DNA of 64,000 bases from Candidatus Lloydbacteria bacterium RIFCSPHIGHO2_02_FULL_50_18. Lineage in GTDB: Bacteria; Patescibacteriota; Minisyncoccia; Phycocordibacterales; UBA6899. The notes beneath the pieces were generated by a model. That model ran no database searches and had not been told where the DNA came from. It saw only the letters and a list, made by a program, of their open reading frames with translations. Shown here piece after piece: positions 48,438 to 58,923 of the stretch (position 1 is the stretch's first letter; every line of letters begins with the position of its first letter). The stretch is from positions 1 through 64,000 of the forward strand of contig MHLM01000004.1 of NCBI GenBank assembly GCA_001821395.1. Reading direction: 5' to 3'. A program made the translations under genes and the position numbers.

Positions 48438-49265
48438 ATGGATGGTTATCATTTGGTTCTTCTTGCATTGACATTCGTTCTTGGTGTCTCTATCGGGAGC
48501 TTCGTGAACGTACTTATTTTTCGCCTGCGCAGCGGTTCTCGGCTCACTGGACGCTCTAAGTGCATGTCCTGCGGGAGGACGCTCACTCCGTGGATGCTCA
48601 TTCCGCTTTTCTCGTTTTGTTATCAGCGCGGGAAATGTGCATACTGCGGAGCGCGTATCGCACTTCAGTATCCGCTCGTAGAGATCATCCTCGGAATGCT
48701 CTACGTCGTCATTGCGCTCGTTCACGGGTACGACCCTCTTCAGACCTCGGTCAGCCAGACTTTTTTTGTGCTTGGTGACATGGTCATTTGGACGACATTG
48801 CTCGCCGTTACCGTCTACGACCTCCGACACAAGATCATACCTGATAGCTTCTCCCTTTTCCTTGCCGCTACGGCAGGTATGTTGTTGCTCGTGAAGTGGA
48901 AGTTAGGAATACTCCCCACTGCCTATTTGCCATTTTGGGAAACGATGCCCTCATGGATAGACCTTCTTGCGGGACCACTAGTGGCGGCACCGTTCGCTCT
49001 GCTCTGGTTCTTTTCGGGTGGGCGCGCGATGGGGTTAGGTGACGCGAAGCTCGTCTGGGGGATTGCTTGGTTCTTGGGTTTTGCGGAGGGCATTTCTTCC
49101 GTCATTCTTGCGTTCTGGGTCGCGTTCTTCCCCAGCCTCATGCTGTTGTTACTTCGATCAAAGCATTTTACAATGAAAAGCGAGATACCCTTTGCACCCT
49201 TTCTTGTGGCTGGAGCGTTTCTCGCATATGTATTTCAGATCAATATCTTGAATTGGACATTTTAA
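48438..49265 (+). CDS. pilD: prepilin peptidase / N-methyltransferase PilD (A24 family)
   Basis: Tetracysteine CMSCGR...CAYCG, multiple TM, conserved Asp-containing GLGDAKL. Confidence 0.85.
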   Translation: MDGYHLVLLALTFVLGVSIGSFVNVLIFRLRSGSRLTGRSKCMSCGRTLTPWMLIPLFSFCYQRGKCAYCGARIALQYPLVEIILGMLYVVIALVHGYDPLQTSVSQTFFVLGDMVIWTTLLAVTVYDLRHKIIPDSFSLFLAATAGMLLLVKWKLGILPTAYLPFWETMPSWIDLLAGPLVAAPFALLWFFSGGRAMGLGDAKLVWGIAWFLGFAEGISSVILAFWVAFFPSLMLLLLRSKHFTMKSEIPFAPFLVAGAFLAYVFQINILNWTF

Positions 49266-49308
49266 TATGCGTACATTTTTACCGATACAAAAGTGCGAGA
49301 GAAGAACG

Positions 49309-49953
49309 ATGATTAACCTCGATACTCCTTGTGGGAGGGGCACACGATCCTACCCCGTCACCGCGGGATTCACCCTTCTGGAGATGCTTGTTACACTGTC
49401 TATCTTTGTGATAATCACTTCAACGCTGTTGATCAGTTATAGTGGCTTCAATAAGCATCTCAGTGTTGATACGCTTGCGCACGAGATCGGTCAATGGATC
49501 CGTGATGCTCAGGTTTCTGCGATGAGCGTGAAGAGTGCGAGGACGGTTGCGGGAATGTATCCGGGCTATGGGGTCCATTTCACACTCAGCGATCCAGGGA
49601 AATTCATTTTTTTTGCCGACTTGGACAGCGATGATCAATACGACCCCGGTGTTTGTGGTGCGGCAGGATCGGAGTGTGAACGAGAAATAGTGTTAACCCA
49701 AGGAAATAAGATCGATGCTCTTTGCGGGGTGACCACGGGTGGTATTTTCACTGCAAAATGTCTTTCGCCGAATGGCGCATCGAGCGTGTTCGATATCGTC
49801 TTTACGCGTCCTGATCCGGATGCTGTTATCAGTGGAGACCTGAACGGTGGGGCTTCGAGCGGATACAGTAGCGCACGCATCACGATCGTTTCGCTCCAGG
49901 GGTATCGTCGCACCGTCGAAGCATGGATCACGGGGCAGATATCTATTCAATGA
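49309..49953 (+). CDS. pseudopilin / minor pilin
   Basis: TAGFTLLEMLVTLSIFVIITS. Confidence 0.7.
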   Translation: MINLDTPCGRGTRSYPVTAGFTLLEMLVTLSIFVIITSTLLISYSGFNKHLSVDTLAHEIGQWIRDAQVSAMSVKSARTVAGMYPGYGVHFTLSDPGKFIFFADLDSDDQYDPGVCGAAGSECEREIVLTQGNKIDALCGVTTGGIFTAKCLSPNGASSVFDIVFTRPDPDAVISGDLNGGASSGYSSARITIVSLQGYRRTVEAWITGQISIQ

Positions 49954-50612
49954 TCAATTCCAACATGAAATTTTCACTTCGCAACGATAATCAAAAAAAG
50001 ATCAATGACACGGGTGGGTTCACCCTGCTCGAAATGCTCGTTTCGACCTCACTCTTCATCGTCGCCATGCTCGTTATCGTGAGCGCGCTTATCTCGCTCG
50101 AGACGGCAAGTAGAAAAGCGCGAACGATCCGTATTGCCGCAGATAATGTGAGCGCCGCTGTCAGTTCGATGTCGCGTGCAATTCGCATGGGTAGTTATAT
50201 TCATTGCGGGTGCACAGGAACGCACGCAGTGCTTGCTGCGCCGCAGGACTGTGAGATCAGCGGTGCAGGTACGGGAGAGCTCCCGGCTAGTGGTGGTACC
50301 TGTCTTGCATTCGAGGCTCAGAACGGAAATCCGCTGATAGACAGTGATCAGTACGTCTATCGGTTGTGGAACAACCGCATTCAGCGCTCAGTTAATAGTG
50401 GTGACGACTGGCTCGATATGACCGCGCCGGAGATCAGGATCGATGCTCTCGCCTTTTACGTTGGGGGGACGGAACTCAACGAGAACCAGCCGTATGTGAC
50501 CATGCTCGTCCGTGGAACAGCGACCTCTCCGATTGTAAAGATTAATACAACATTCGATATCGAGACCACCGTCGCCGTGCGCACCCCAAACCTTAATCTC
50601 TTCATTCCATGA
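49950..50612 (+). CDS. pseudopilin / minor pilin
   Basis: GGFTLLEMLVSTSLFIVAML; ATGA overlap with upstream gene. Confidence 0.7.
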   Translation: MINSNMKFSLRNDNQKKINDTGGFTLLEMLVSTSLFIVAMLVIVSALISLETASRKARTIRIAADNVSAAVSSMSRAIRMGSYIHCGCTGTHAVLAAPQDCEISGAGTGELPASGGTCLAFEAQNGNPLIDSDQYVYRLWNNRIQRSVNSGDDWLDMTAPEIRIDALAFYVGGTELNENQPYVTMLVRGTATSPIVKINTTFDIETTVAVRTPNLNLFIP

Positions 50613-51205
50613 CTTGCATAAAAACAACCAGACCAAGCACCGCTGGATTCACCTTGATCGAAGCACTCGCCTCGATCACGCTTTTGGTGATGGCGATATC
50701 GGGGCCTATGGTGCTTTCCGCACAGAGTCTTCGCGTTTCGCGCGAAGCTCGTCTTCAACTTGAGGCGACGCAGCTTGCGGAGGAAGGTATCGAGATCGTC
50801 CATTCTTTGCGCGACGACAATTCCGCCGATGGCACACCTTGGATGACTGACATTTTGAGTGAGTGTAGTAATCCTGCTCAGCCTTGCATTGCAGATATCA
50901 CTGAACATTCCGGACTGAGCAGTACGGCGTGGCATCATAATGCACTGAAGAGCTGTGCTTCCGCTTGTGCATCCTTGGCGTCGCTCTACAAACACAATGT
51001 AAGCGGAATATATCGGCAAAAGACGAGTGGCTTTGGAGCAGGTTGGACAAAAAGTGATTTCACTCGGCTCATCACGCTGACGGAAGTTGTCGCGGGGCGT
51101 GAAGTGAAGGTGACCTCGACGGTGACGTACAAAGGCTATTCCGGTCAGACACGGACGATCACGGTGACCGGGGATCTCTATAATTGGTTCCCAGACCTCC
51201 ACTAA
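50609..51205 (+). CDS. pseudopilin / minor pilin
   Basis: TAGFTLIEALASITLLVMAIS; ATGA overlap. Confidence 0.7.
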   Translation: MTCIKTTRPSTAGFTLIEALASITLLVMAISGPMVLSAQSLRVSREARLQLEATQLAEEGIEIVHSLRDDNSADGTPWMTDILSECSNPAQPCIADITEHSGLSSTAWHHNALKSCASACASLASLYKHNVSGIYRQKTSGFGAGWTKSDFTRLITLTEVVAGREVKVTSTVTYKGYSGQTRTITVTGDLYNWFPDLH

Positions 51206-51209
51206 ATGT

Positions 51210-51743
51210 ATGCAAACAATCCGACAAAAATCGTCATGCGAAAAAAAAGAGGGATTCATCCTGCTGCTCACTGTACTGGTCACGAGTGTGATCCTGGCCA
51301 TCAGTTTTAGTATTTTTAGCATCAGTTTGAAGGAGTTGATCATGGCGTCGTTTCTAAAAAATTCCGCACAGGCATTCGCTGCCGCCGATCGCGGGGTCGA
51401 GTGCGCGCTCTTTTGGGATAGAACTCCGACCCCGGTAAATCCGCAAAGCGGAATTACTTATACGATATTTGCCACGTCGAGCGCTTATCAGGCGCCGACA
51501 AATTTATCTAATGCGACCTGTGATGGGATTCAGCTCGATACCTCTGCTTGGTTGGTAAGCGGGCTGACTACGACACAGGGGAAGACCGTATTTCAGATCT
51601 CGTTCGCAGATTTGACCTGCGTAGAGGTATCGGTGCTTAAGGATAGCGGTGAAACAACGGTGACTGCGAACGGTTTCAATACTTGCAACGCATCGAGTGA
51701 GCGAAAAACACAGCGCACTATTCAAGTTCGTACGAATCTGTGA
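51210..51743 (+). CDS. pilin-like protein (PilX-like minor pilin?)
   Basis: KEGFILLLTVLVTSVILAIS degenerate prepilin-like N-terminus. Confidence 0.5.
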   Translation: MQTIRQKSSCEKKEGFILLLTVLVTSVILAISFSIFSISLKELIMASFLKNSAQAFAAADRGVECALFWDRTPTPVNPQSGITYTIFATSSAYQAPTNLSNATCDGIQLDTSAWLVSGLTTTQGKTVFQISFADLTCVEVSVLKDSGETTVTANGFNTCNASSERKTQRTIQVRTNL

Positions 51744-51819
51744 TCGGCGTGCACCTTGAGCTCTGCCCCTCACTATTTTTTGAGGATGCATTTTTTCATT
51801 CTGTGCAGTATTGCGGTGA

Positions 51820-53865
<2,046 letters not shown>

Positions 53866-53881
53866 GGTCGTATAAAAAACA

Positions 53882-53909
53882 AGGAGCATAATGCTCCTCG
53901 TGGGTTTTT
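53882..53909. terminator. weak hairpin (aggagcat a atgctcct) + T-run after ligA, also downstream of the minus-strand small ORF
   Basis: Read directly. Confidence 0.35.
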
Positions 53910-53914
53910 CTGTC

Positions 53915-54223
53915 TCAGCGGTATGAGTTCAGCATGGTCACAATCTGCGCCATGATGGCGTATTGTTGGCATTGTGGCACGACTATCCATTTGTTTGATC
54001 TAAAGTCAGTTGCGTTCATGATGATCTCACGAAAGTGTGGGACCTGACTTCGTGGGATAGTCAATGGCGGAAACCCTGCTTCTTGAGGAGAAACTAATTC
54101 CGCGATCAGCTCAATTGCCTGGGCCTGGTCGGACTTACTTGATCCGCAGTTTTGCAGTTGCTTCGCTTCGGCTTGAAGCCACTCTTTGATCCCCACAAAT
54201 TGTTCCGCTGGCATCGTATTCAC
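53915..54223 (-). CDS. hypothetical protein
   Basis: Complete ORF, no family recognised. Confidence 0.35.
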   Translation of the reverse strand: MNTMPAEQFVGIKEWLQAEAKQLQNCGSSKSDQAQAIELIAELVSPQEAGFPPLTIPRSQVPHFREIIMNATDFRSNKWIVVPQCQQYAIMAQIVTMLNSYR

Positions 54224-54317
54224 TGTGTGCCCCCTTGTGTTCAGTTGATTCCTGAATCTATTTACCCCAATTATGCAAATCTGTCAATCGTACGCAGTGA
54301 GGGAGAAATAGTGTAAT

Positions 54318-54611
54318 ATGAAGACCATGCTCACGAAAGATGATATCAAACACCTCTCCACACTCGCGCGGATCGCGGTTTCGGAAGCAGAGGAGGAAAG
54401 TCTTGCAAAGGACCTTGATGCTGTCCTCGGCTACGTTTCTGAGGTTGCCGCGGTCGCGACCCAAAAAGATGCTATCCCCCCGGCGGGCGATCTGCGTAAT
54501 ATCATGCGTGATGATGACGATGTCCATCCCGGCGGCGAGTTTACCGATATGATCCTCAAGAACGCGCCCGACACTGAAGACGGTTATTTCAAGGTAAAGC
54601 AGATATTTTAA
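54318..54611 (+). CDS. gatC: aspartyl/glutamyl-tRNA amidotransferase subunit C
   Basis: GatC hallmark LTKDDIKHLSTLARIAVSEAEEESL ... NAP...DGYFKVKQI. Confidence 0.85.
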   Translation: MKTMLTKDDIKHLSTLARIAVSEAEEESLAKDLDAVLGYVSEVAAVATQKDAIPPAGDLRNIMRDDDDVHPGGEFTDMILKNAPDTEDGYFKVKQIF

Positions 54612-54623
54612 TTCGCGCACCGT

Positions 54624-56060
54624 ATGTCTATCGATATTTCAAAACTGACCATCACGCTTGCTGCAAAAGCGCTTCGAGCAAAAGACTTCTCGTCAAAGGA
54701 GCTCACGGAGGCGGTGCTCACGGAGGCAAAAGCAAAGAACAAAGCTATCAACGCGTATGCGGAGATCTTTGATGATGCGATGGCGCTGGCGGCACATGCG
54801 GATGATATGCTCGCGAAGGGGGATGCCCCAATATTGGCGGGTATCCCGATCGCGATCAAAGATAATATGCTCTACAAGGGGCATGAGTCGACCTCCGGCT
54901 CAAAGATATTGCGCGGACATATCGCCGCCTACAGCGGAACGGCAGTGGAGAGATTGCTCTCGTGCAGAGCGGTCATCATCGGGCGTACGAACATGGACGA
55001 GTTTGCAATGGGGAGTTCAACAGAAACATGCTCATATGGACCGGTAAAAAATCCGATTGATACTACGCGCGTACCCGGCGGCTCGTCAGGCGGATCTGCG
55101 GCATCCGTGGTGATGGGTGGGGCGCTTGGTTCTTACGGCTCTGATACCGGTGGTTCTATTCGTCAGCCAGCCTCTTTGTGCGGTCTGGTGGGGCTGAAGC
55201 CCACTTACGGAGCAGTATCGCGCTCAGGGCTTATGTCGCTTGCGTCATCCTTTGACCAGATCGGACCGTTCGGAAAGACCGTGGCCGATGCACAGCTGCT
55301 CTTTGATGCAGTCCGCGGGCATGATCCGATGGATAGTACGACGGTCCCGGAAGGGCATAGTCTGCGAAAGGCGAAGCCGCTTGGTGAAAAATTAACCATC
55401 GGTGTGCCAGAATCACTGATCGCCACGGACGGAATCGATGAAGATGTTCGTGCGAACTTCCGTGCACAGATCGCCGCACTCCGTTCACAGGGGCACACAA
55501 TAAAAAATATTGATCTTCCGCTGATCGCTCGCTCGCTCGCTGTCTACTATATTATTATGCCTGCCGAGGCATCCGCGAACCTTGCACGTTTTGACGGTAT
55601 TCGCTACGGATTCTCTAAAGAGGCGGATAAGCTCATTGAGGTGTACATGAATTCGCGAGGGGAGGGATTTGGTAAAGAGACGCGCAGGAGAATACTGCTC
55701 GGGACATATGTGCTTTCGGCCGGATACTATGATGCATACTACAATAAGGCGGTCGCCGTGCGTCGTATGATTCGTGACGAATTGGATCGAGCGTTCGAGA
55801 GTGTCGACGTGATCGCAACCCCCACCTCACCGTCTCCCGCGTTCAAGATAGGAGAAAAGATCGCTAATCCGCTCAAAATGTACATTGAAGACATTTTTAC
55901 GGTATCGGCAAACATCGCGGGGGTACCGGGAATTTCCGTCCCCGGCGGTACGGTGATCCGTGATGGTGTCTCACTTCCTGTTGGTATCCAATTCATGGCC
56001 GCAGCGTTCCAAGAGGATGCCTTGTTCCGCATGGGAACCGCCATTGAACAAAGTATATGA
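54624..56060 (+). CDS. gatA: aspartyl/glutamyl-tRNA amidotransferase subunit A (amidase signature family)
   Basis: Amidase signature GGSSGGSAASV, catalytic Ser-cisSer-Lys context, gene order after gatC. Confidence 0.9.
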   Translation: MSIDISKLTITLAAKALRAKDFSSKELTEAVLTEAKAKNKAINAYAEIFDDAMALAAHADDMLAKGDAPILAGIPIAIKDNMLYKGHESTSGSKILRGHIAAYSGTAVERLLSCRAVIIGRTNMDEFAMGSSTETCSYGPVKNPIDTTRVPGGSSGGSAASVVMGGALGSYGSDTGGSIRQPASLCGLVGLKPTYGAVSRSGLMSLASSFDQIGPFGKTVADAQLLFDAVRGHDPMDSTTVPEGHSLRKAKPLGEKLTIGVPESLIATDGIDEDVRANFRAQIAALRSQGHTIKNIDLPLIARSLAVYYIIMPAEASANLARFDGIRYGFSKEADKLIEVYMNSRGEGFGKETRRRILLGTYVLSAGYYDAYYNKAVAVRRMIRDELDRAFESVDVIATPTSPSPAFKIGEKIANPLKMYIEDIFTVSANIAGVPGISVPGGTVIRDGVSLPVGIQFMAAAFQEDALFRMGTAIEQSI

Positions 56061-56713
56061 GCGAGGAAAAAGGAAACGATAAAGCAAAAGCGAAGCCCCC
56101 CGTCATTATCTCGACCGGGTTGGGGCAACAGGTCGGAGAGATCGTCCTCATCGTATTATTCCTTTCTATTCTTTCCGGTGCGGTAAGTTTGCTGCTCGGT
56201 TTTTTTGGTGATGGCGACATCTACGGTCTTAGGGCTACGTTCGCACATCTTTATGCGGTCGCGAATATGGTAGCAACAGTCATTGCGATGGTCGCTATCG
56301 TCATTGCAATCTATTCCTTCATGCGTATCAGTGAGATCGCGGGGGAAGAGACCAAAAAACTCGGGCTCGCACTCAATTGGAATAGTGAACGGAAGCAAAA
56401 AAATGCGCGCTGGTCGCGCGTAGAAACTTATATGACATCACTGAATCCCTCCGATTGGAAGATCGCGATACTCGAAGCGGATAATATTCTCGACGAGGTG
56501 GTTGAGCGGATGGGTTATATCGGTGAAACACTGGGTGAGCGCATGAAAAAGATCGAGGCGAGTGATTTCCCGTATCTGGAGGATGCATGGACGGCACATA
56601 AGACGCGTAATTCGATCGCGCACAAAGGAACGGATTATGAGCTTAGTCGAAGTGAGGCGGAGCGCGTGATCAACATGTATCATCGCATATTTACGGAATT
56701 GGGTTATTTGTAG
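56057..56713 (+). CDS. hypothetical membrane protein (3 TM + cytoplasmic C-domain)
   Basis: Overlaps gatA stop (ATGA). Confidence 0.5.
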   Translation: MSEEKGNDKAKAKPPVIISTGLGQQVGEIVLIVLFLSILSGAVSLLLGFFGDGDIYGLRATFAHLYAVANMVATVIAMVAIVIAIYSFMRISEIAGEETKKLGLALNWNSERKQKNARWSRVETYMTSLNPSDWKIAILEADNILDEVVERMGYIGETLGERMKKIEASDFPYLEDAWTAHKTRNSIAHKGTDYELSRSEAERVINMYHRIFTELGYL

Positions 56714-56811
56714 GAGAGATTTGATTTTGAACTGAAATATGCTATAAATTGCATACCGTCGATGTATGCAGCATACCTCGACGGTACTCGGATGAATTGG
56801 CGCTTCGCTCA

Positions 56812-56870
56812 TTTTCGTGATGATGTTCATAAAAGCAAGCACGCTTTCTTTTATGAACATCATCACGAAA
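56812..56870. repeat. 23-bp perfect inverted repeat (tttcgtgatgatgttcataaaag / cttttatgaacatcatcacgaaa) with 12-nt spacer
   Basis: Read directly; lies 30 nt upstream of tRNA(CAU). Confidence 0.6.
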
Positions 56871-56902
56871 GATCTGCATATTGCGCCGACTCATCATCGT
56901 TT

Positions 56903-56979
56903 GTCGACGTAGCTCAGTTGGTTAGAGCGCGGGACTCATAAGCCCGAGGTCGGAGGATCGTTCCCTCCCGTCGACACCA
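56903..56979 (+). tRNA. tRNA with anticodon CAU (Met/Ile2/fMet class), CCA encoded
   Basis: Acceptor GTCGACG/CGTCGAC, D-arm GCTC..GAGC, loop CTCATAA; unusual T-loop ATCGTTC and A31·G39 mismatch. Confidence 0.6.
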
Positions 56980-57111
56980 TCCAATAGGCATTATCGCGTT
57001 GGTAGTGGACTATCGGTGAATAATTTGCAGTGGTAAGAAGAAAATCCTTCTTTTCACCGCGGCATTCGCAAAAAATGATAATAGATGCTATTCTCATTTT
57101 GTCGCTTATTT

Positions 57112-57185
57112 GCGGTGGTAGCTCAATTGGTTAGAGCACCCGCCTGTCACGTGGGAGGTTGCGAGTTCGAGTCTCGTCCGCCGCG
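57112..57185 (+). tRNA. tRNA-Asp (anticodon GUC)
   Basis: Acceptor GCGGTGG/CCGCCGC (G·U), loop CTGTCAC, T-arm GCGAG-TTCGAGT-CTCGT. Confidence 0.85.
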
Positions 57186-57192
57186 CAAATAC

Positions 57193-57218
57193 AAAAAAAC
57201 TGCTTTTGCAGTTTTTTT
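57193..57218 (+). terminator. rho-independent terminator after tRNA-Asp
   Basis: aaaaaaactgc-tttt-gcagttttttt. Confidence 0.6.
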
Positions 57219-57235
57219 GTGTTTGCACGGTGGAG

Positions 57236-57262
57236 GAAGCATCTGCATGCTTCCGACGAGAC
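57236..57262. repeat. palindrome ggaagcat-ctgc-atgcttcc followed by an inverted copy of the tRNA-Asp T-arm/3' end (gacgagactcgaactcgc)
   Basis: 18-nt exact reverse complement of tRNA-Asp 57161-57178. Confidence 0.55.
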
Positions 57263-57329
57263 TCGAACTCGCCATCACCATGATGAGTACTTCCAATTTC
57301 ATACTCTCTGTAGTCGTTGAAATTTAGGT

Positions 57330-57385
57330 CGCTCCATAAAGCCTGCGATGACGATCTCGAATAAGCTTCGCTTCTCGTCCGTCCC
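57330..57385. repeat. third, fragmentary copy of the tRNA-associated element family (CTGCGATGACGATCTCGAATAAGC + TTCGCTTCTCGTCCG)
   Basis: Matches the 3' block of the elements at 12541-12651 and 58634-58746. Confidence 0.45.
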
Positions 57386-57393
57386 GTAAATAC

Positions 57394-57417
57394 AAAAAGT
57401 ACCTAAAGGTACTTTTT
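57394..57417. terminator. bidirectional terminator hairpin aaaaagtacc-taaa-ggtacttttt (downstream of minus-strand tRNA-Met)
   Basis: Read directly. Confidence 0.55.
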
Positions 57418-57424
57418 GTTCTTG

Positions 57425-57495
57425 TTGCGGGACCTGGAATCGAACCAGGGCCTTCAGGTTATGAGCCTGACGAGGTACCGCTCCTCTATCCCGCT
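57425..57495 (-). tRNA. tRNA-Met (anticodon CAU); 1-72 pair mismatched (A·A), so possibly initiator-type
   Basis: Hand-folded: D-stem GAGG/CCTC, anticodon stem TCAGG/CCTGA, loop CTCATAA, T-arm CCTGG-TTCGATT-CCAGG. Confidence 0.6.
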
Positions 57496-57588
57496 ATATT
57501 CACACCACGGTCAACTTTGTTTGATACGCGGATTGTAGCCAAAAAATCGATTTTTCGCAAGCGCGAATCTTTGGTATGCTATAGCAGT

Positions 57589-58209
57589 ATGAACGCGCTC
57601 GAAAAATTGATGCATTCTCGCCTAGCAAACATTTTACTCGGTACCTTCCTTTTTACTCTCTGGATGCTCTTCGTGTGGGTGCATATTCGTGCATTCATTG
57701 ATACGGACAAGTTCGCGTATCTGGTCTTTTGTGTTTCAGAGTCTTTACAGGCAATTCTTTTCCTTTTCCGCTCGATGCCAAAAGTGGTATCCATGGACCC
57801 CTTCGATTGGCTCGTTGCGGGAGGGGGGACACTCACTCCGCTTTTGTTGCGTCCGACGGACGTGCTTTTATGGGGGCACGGGGACATCATCGTTGTCGGC
57901 GCGGTGATCATCCAGATCATTGCATTGCTTTCGCTCAATAGGAGTTTTGCGCTCGTCGCTGCAAACAGATCGATCAAGACGCTTGGCGCGTATCGTATTG
58001 TGAGGCATCCAATGTACGCAAGCTACATTTTTCTTTTTTCAGGATATTTTTTGCTCAATGCGTCGATGATGAATGCGGGGCTGATCATCTTTGCTTGGGT
58101 ATTCATGGGCCTTCGACTTATAAGGGAAGAGAAGCTCTTGTCGGAAGACGTTGCATACCAGGAATACAAAAAACAGGTCAAATGGAGGCTGATTCCGTTT
58201 GTTTATTGA
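57589..58209 (+). CDS. isoprenylcysteine carboxyl methyltransferase (ICMT)/phospholipid methyltransferase family membrane protein
   Basis: C-terminal RHPMY...EE..L...FG..Y..Y motif, multi-TM; start uncertain (track ORF begins 57517). Confidence 0.65.
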   Translation: MNALEKLMHSRLANILLGTFLFTLWMLFVWVHIRAFIDTDKFAYLVFCVSESLQAILFLFRSMPKVVSMDPFDWLVAGGGTLTPLLLRPTDVLLWGHGDIIVVGAVIIQIIALLSLNRSFALVAANRSIKTLGAYRIVRHPMYASYIFLFSGYFLLNASMMNAGLIIFAWVFMGLRLIREEKLLSEDVAYQEYKKQVKWRLIPFVY

Positions 58210-58300
58210 AAAATTGAACATTTAGAAGAAATAGTGTACGATTTTGCTTGTTGTTCCATTTGCCTGCTTGATATTTACTGTTCAGCTGTTTGTTGCAGAG

Positions 58301-58326
58301 AATATTTGAAGTGCCGTCGTAGCTGT
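58301..58326 (+). repeat. partial upstream duplicate of the tRNA-Thr(GGU) leader + first 13 nt
   Basis: atttgaagtgccgtcgtagct repeated at 58338-58362 where it continues into the intact tRNA. Confidence 0.55.
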
Positions 58327-58348
58327 TTTGGTAGATAACATTTGAAGT

Positions 58349-58424
58349 GCCGTCGTAGCTCAGCTGGTAGAGCATCTCCATGGTAAGGAGAAGGTCCCCG
58401 GTTCGATCCCGGGCGACGGCTCCA
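58349..58424 (+). tRNA. tRNA-Thr (anticodon GGU), CCA encoded
   Basis: Acceptor GCCGTCG/CGACGGC, loop ATGGTAA, T-arm CCCGG-TTCGATC-CCGGG. Confidence 0.85.
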
Positions 58425-58436
58425 TGATCGGGATAG

Positions 58437-58485
58437 TGTGCCGCCTTAGCTCAGTTGGCAAAAGAAAGTCAGACAGCTCACTCGT
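58437..58485 (+). pseudogene. partial 5' duplicate of tRNA-Thr(CGU) (first 23 nt) followed by a degenerate anticodon-arm-like hairpin
   Basis: gtgtgccgccttagctcagttgg identical to 58531-58553; then cactcg-tta-cgagtg. Confidence 0.5.
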
Positions 58486-58534
58486 TACGAGTGTTGAGGA
58501 AGATGGTGTAAAATAGTGAACAATTGAATAGTGT

Positions 58535-58610
58535 GCCGCCTTAGCTCAGTTGGTAGAGCATCTCACTCGTAACGAGAAGGTCCGCAGTTCGATCCTGCGA
58601 GGCGGCTCCA
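58535..58610 (+). tRNA. tRNA-Thr (anticodon CGU), CCA encoded
   Basis: Acceptor GCCGCCT/AGGCGGC, loop CTCGTAA, T-arm CGCAG-TTCGATC-CTGCG; A31·C39 mismatch. Confidence 0.75.
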
Positions 58611-58620
58611 AGTAAATAGT

Positions 58621-58803
58621 TTCGCTCAGTTGGTAAGCCAAGTCCGCAAAGCCAGACACTGGGTTGGCTTTTTCGTAGCAGTGTCGCCCACCGGCGACGC
58701 ACCACACAACTCGTCTTCTCCGCTACGCTGCGAAAACGATCTCGAATAGAGCATCTCACTCGTAACGAGAAGGTCCGCAGTTCGATCCTGCGAGGCGGCT
58801 CTA
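58621..58803 (+). pseudogene. partial copy of tRNA-Thr(CGU) lacking the 5' acceptor strand and ending CTAG instead of CCA, with the ~113-nt structured element inserted in the D-loop
   Basis: gctcagttgg | element | tagagcatctcactcgtaacgagaaggtccgcagttcgatcctgcgaggcggctctag. Confidence 0.55.
58634..58746 (+). ncRNA. copy 2 of the conserved ~112-nt hairpin-rich element
   Basis: Aligns with 12541..12651 over full length with stem-preserving substitutions. Confidence 0.55.
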
Positions 58804-58923
58804 GAAAAAGAACGTAGTATTTTTTTGTCCGCCTCAAGAAAATAACTGCTTGTTTTCTGGCAGGATCGAATAGCGAAGCTAAAAAGCCGCGCATATGCGC
58901 GGCTTTGTGTACTCACTCATTTC

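Noticed and set aside
50456-51343. 295-aa minus-strand ORF across the pseudopilin genes
   Set aside because: Antisense to three well-supported prepilin-motif genes; Arg/Cys/His-rich composition typical of spurious GC-frame ORFs
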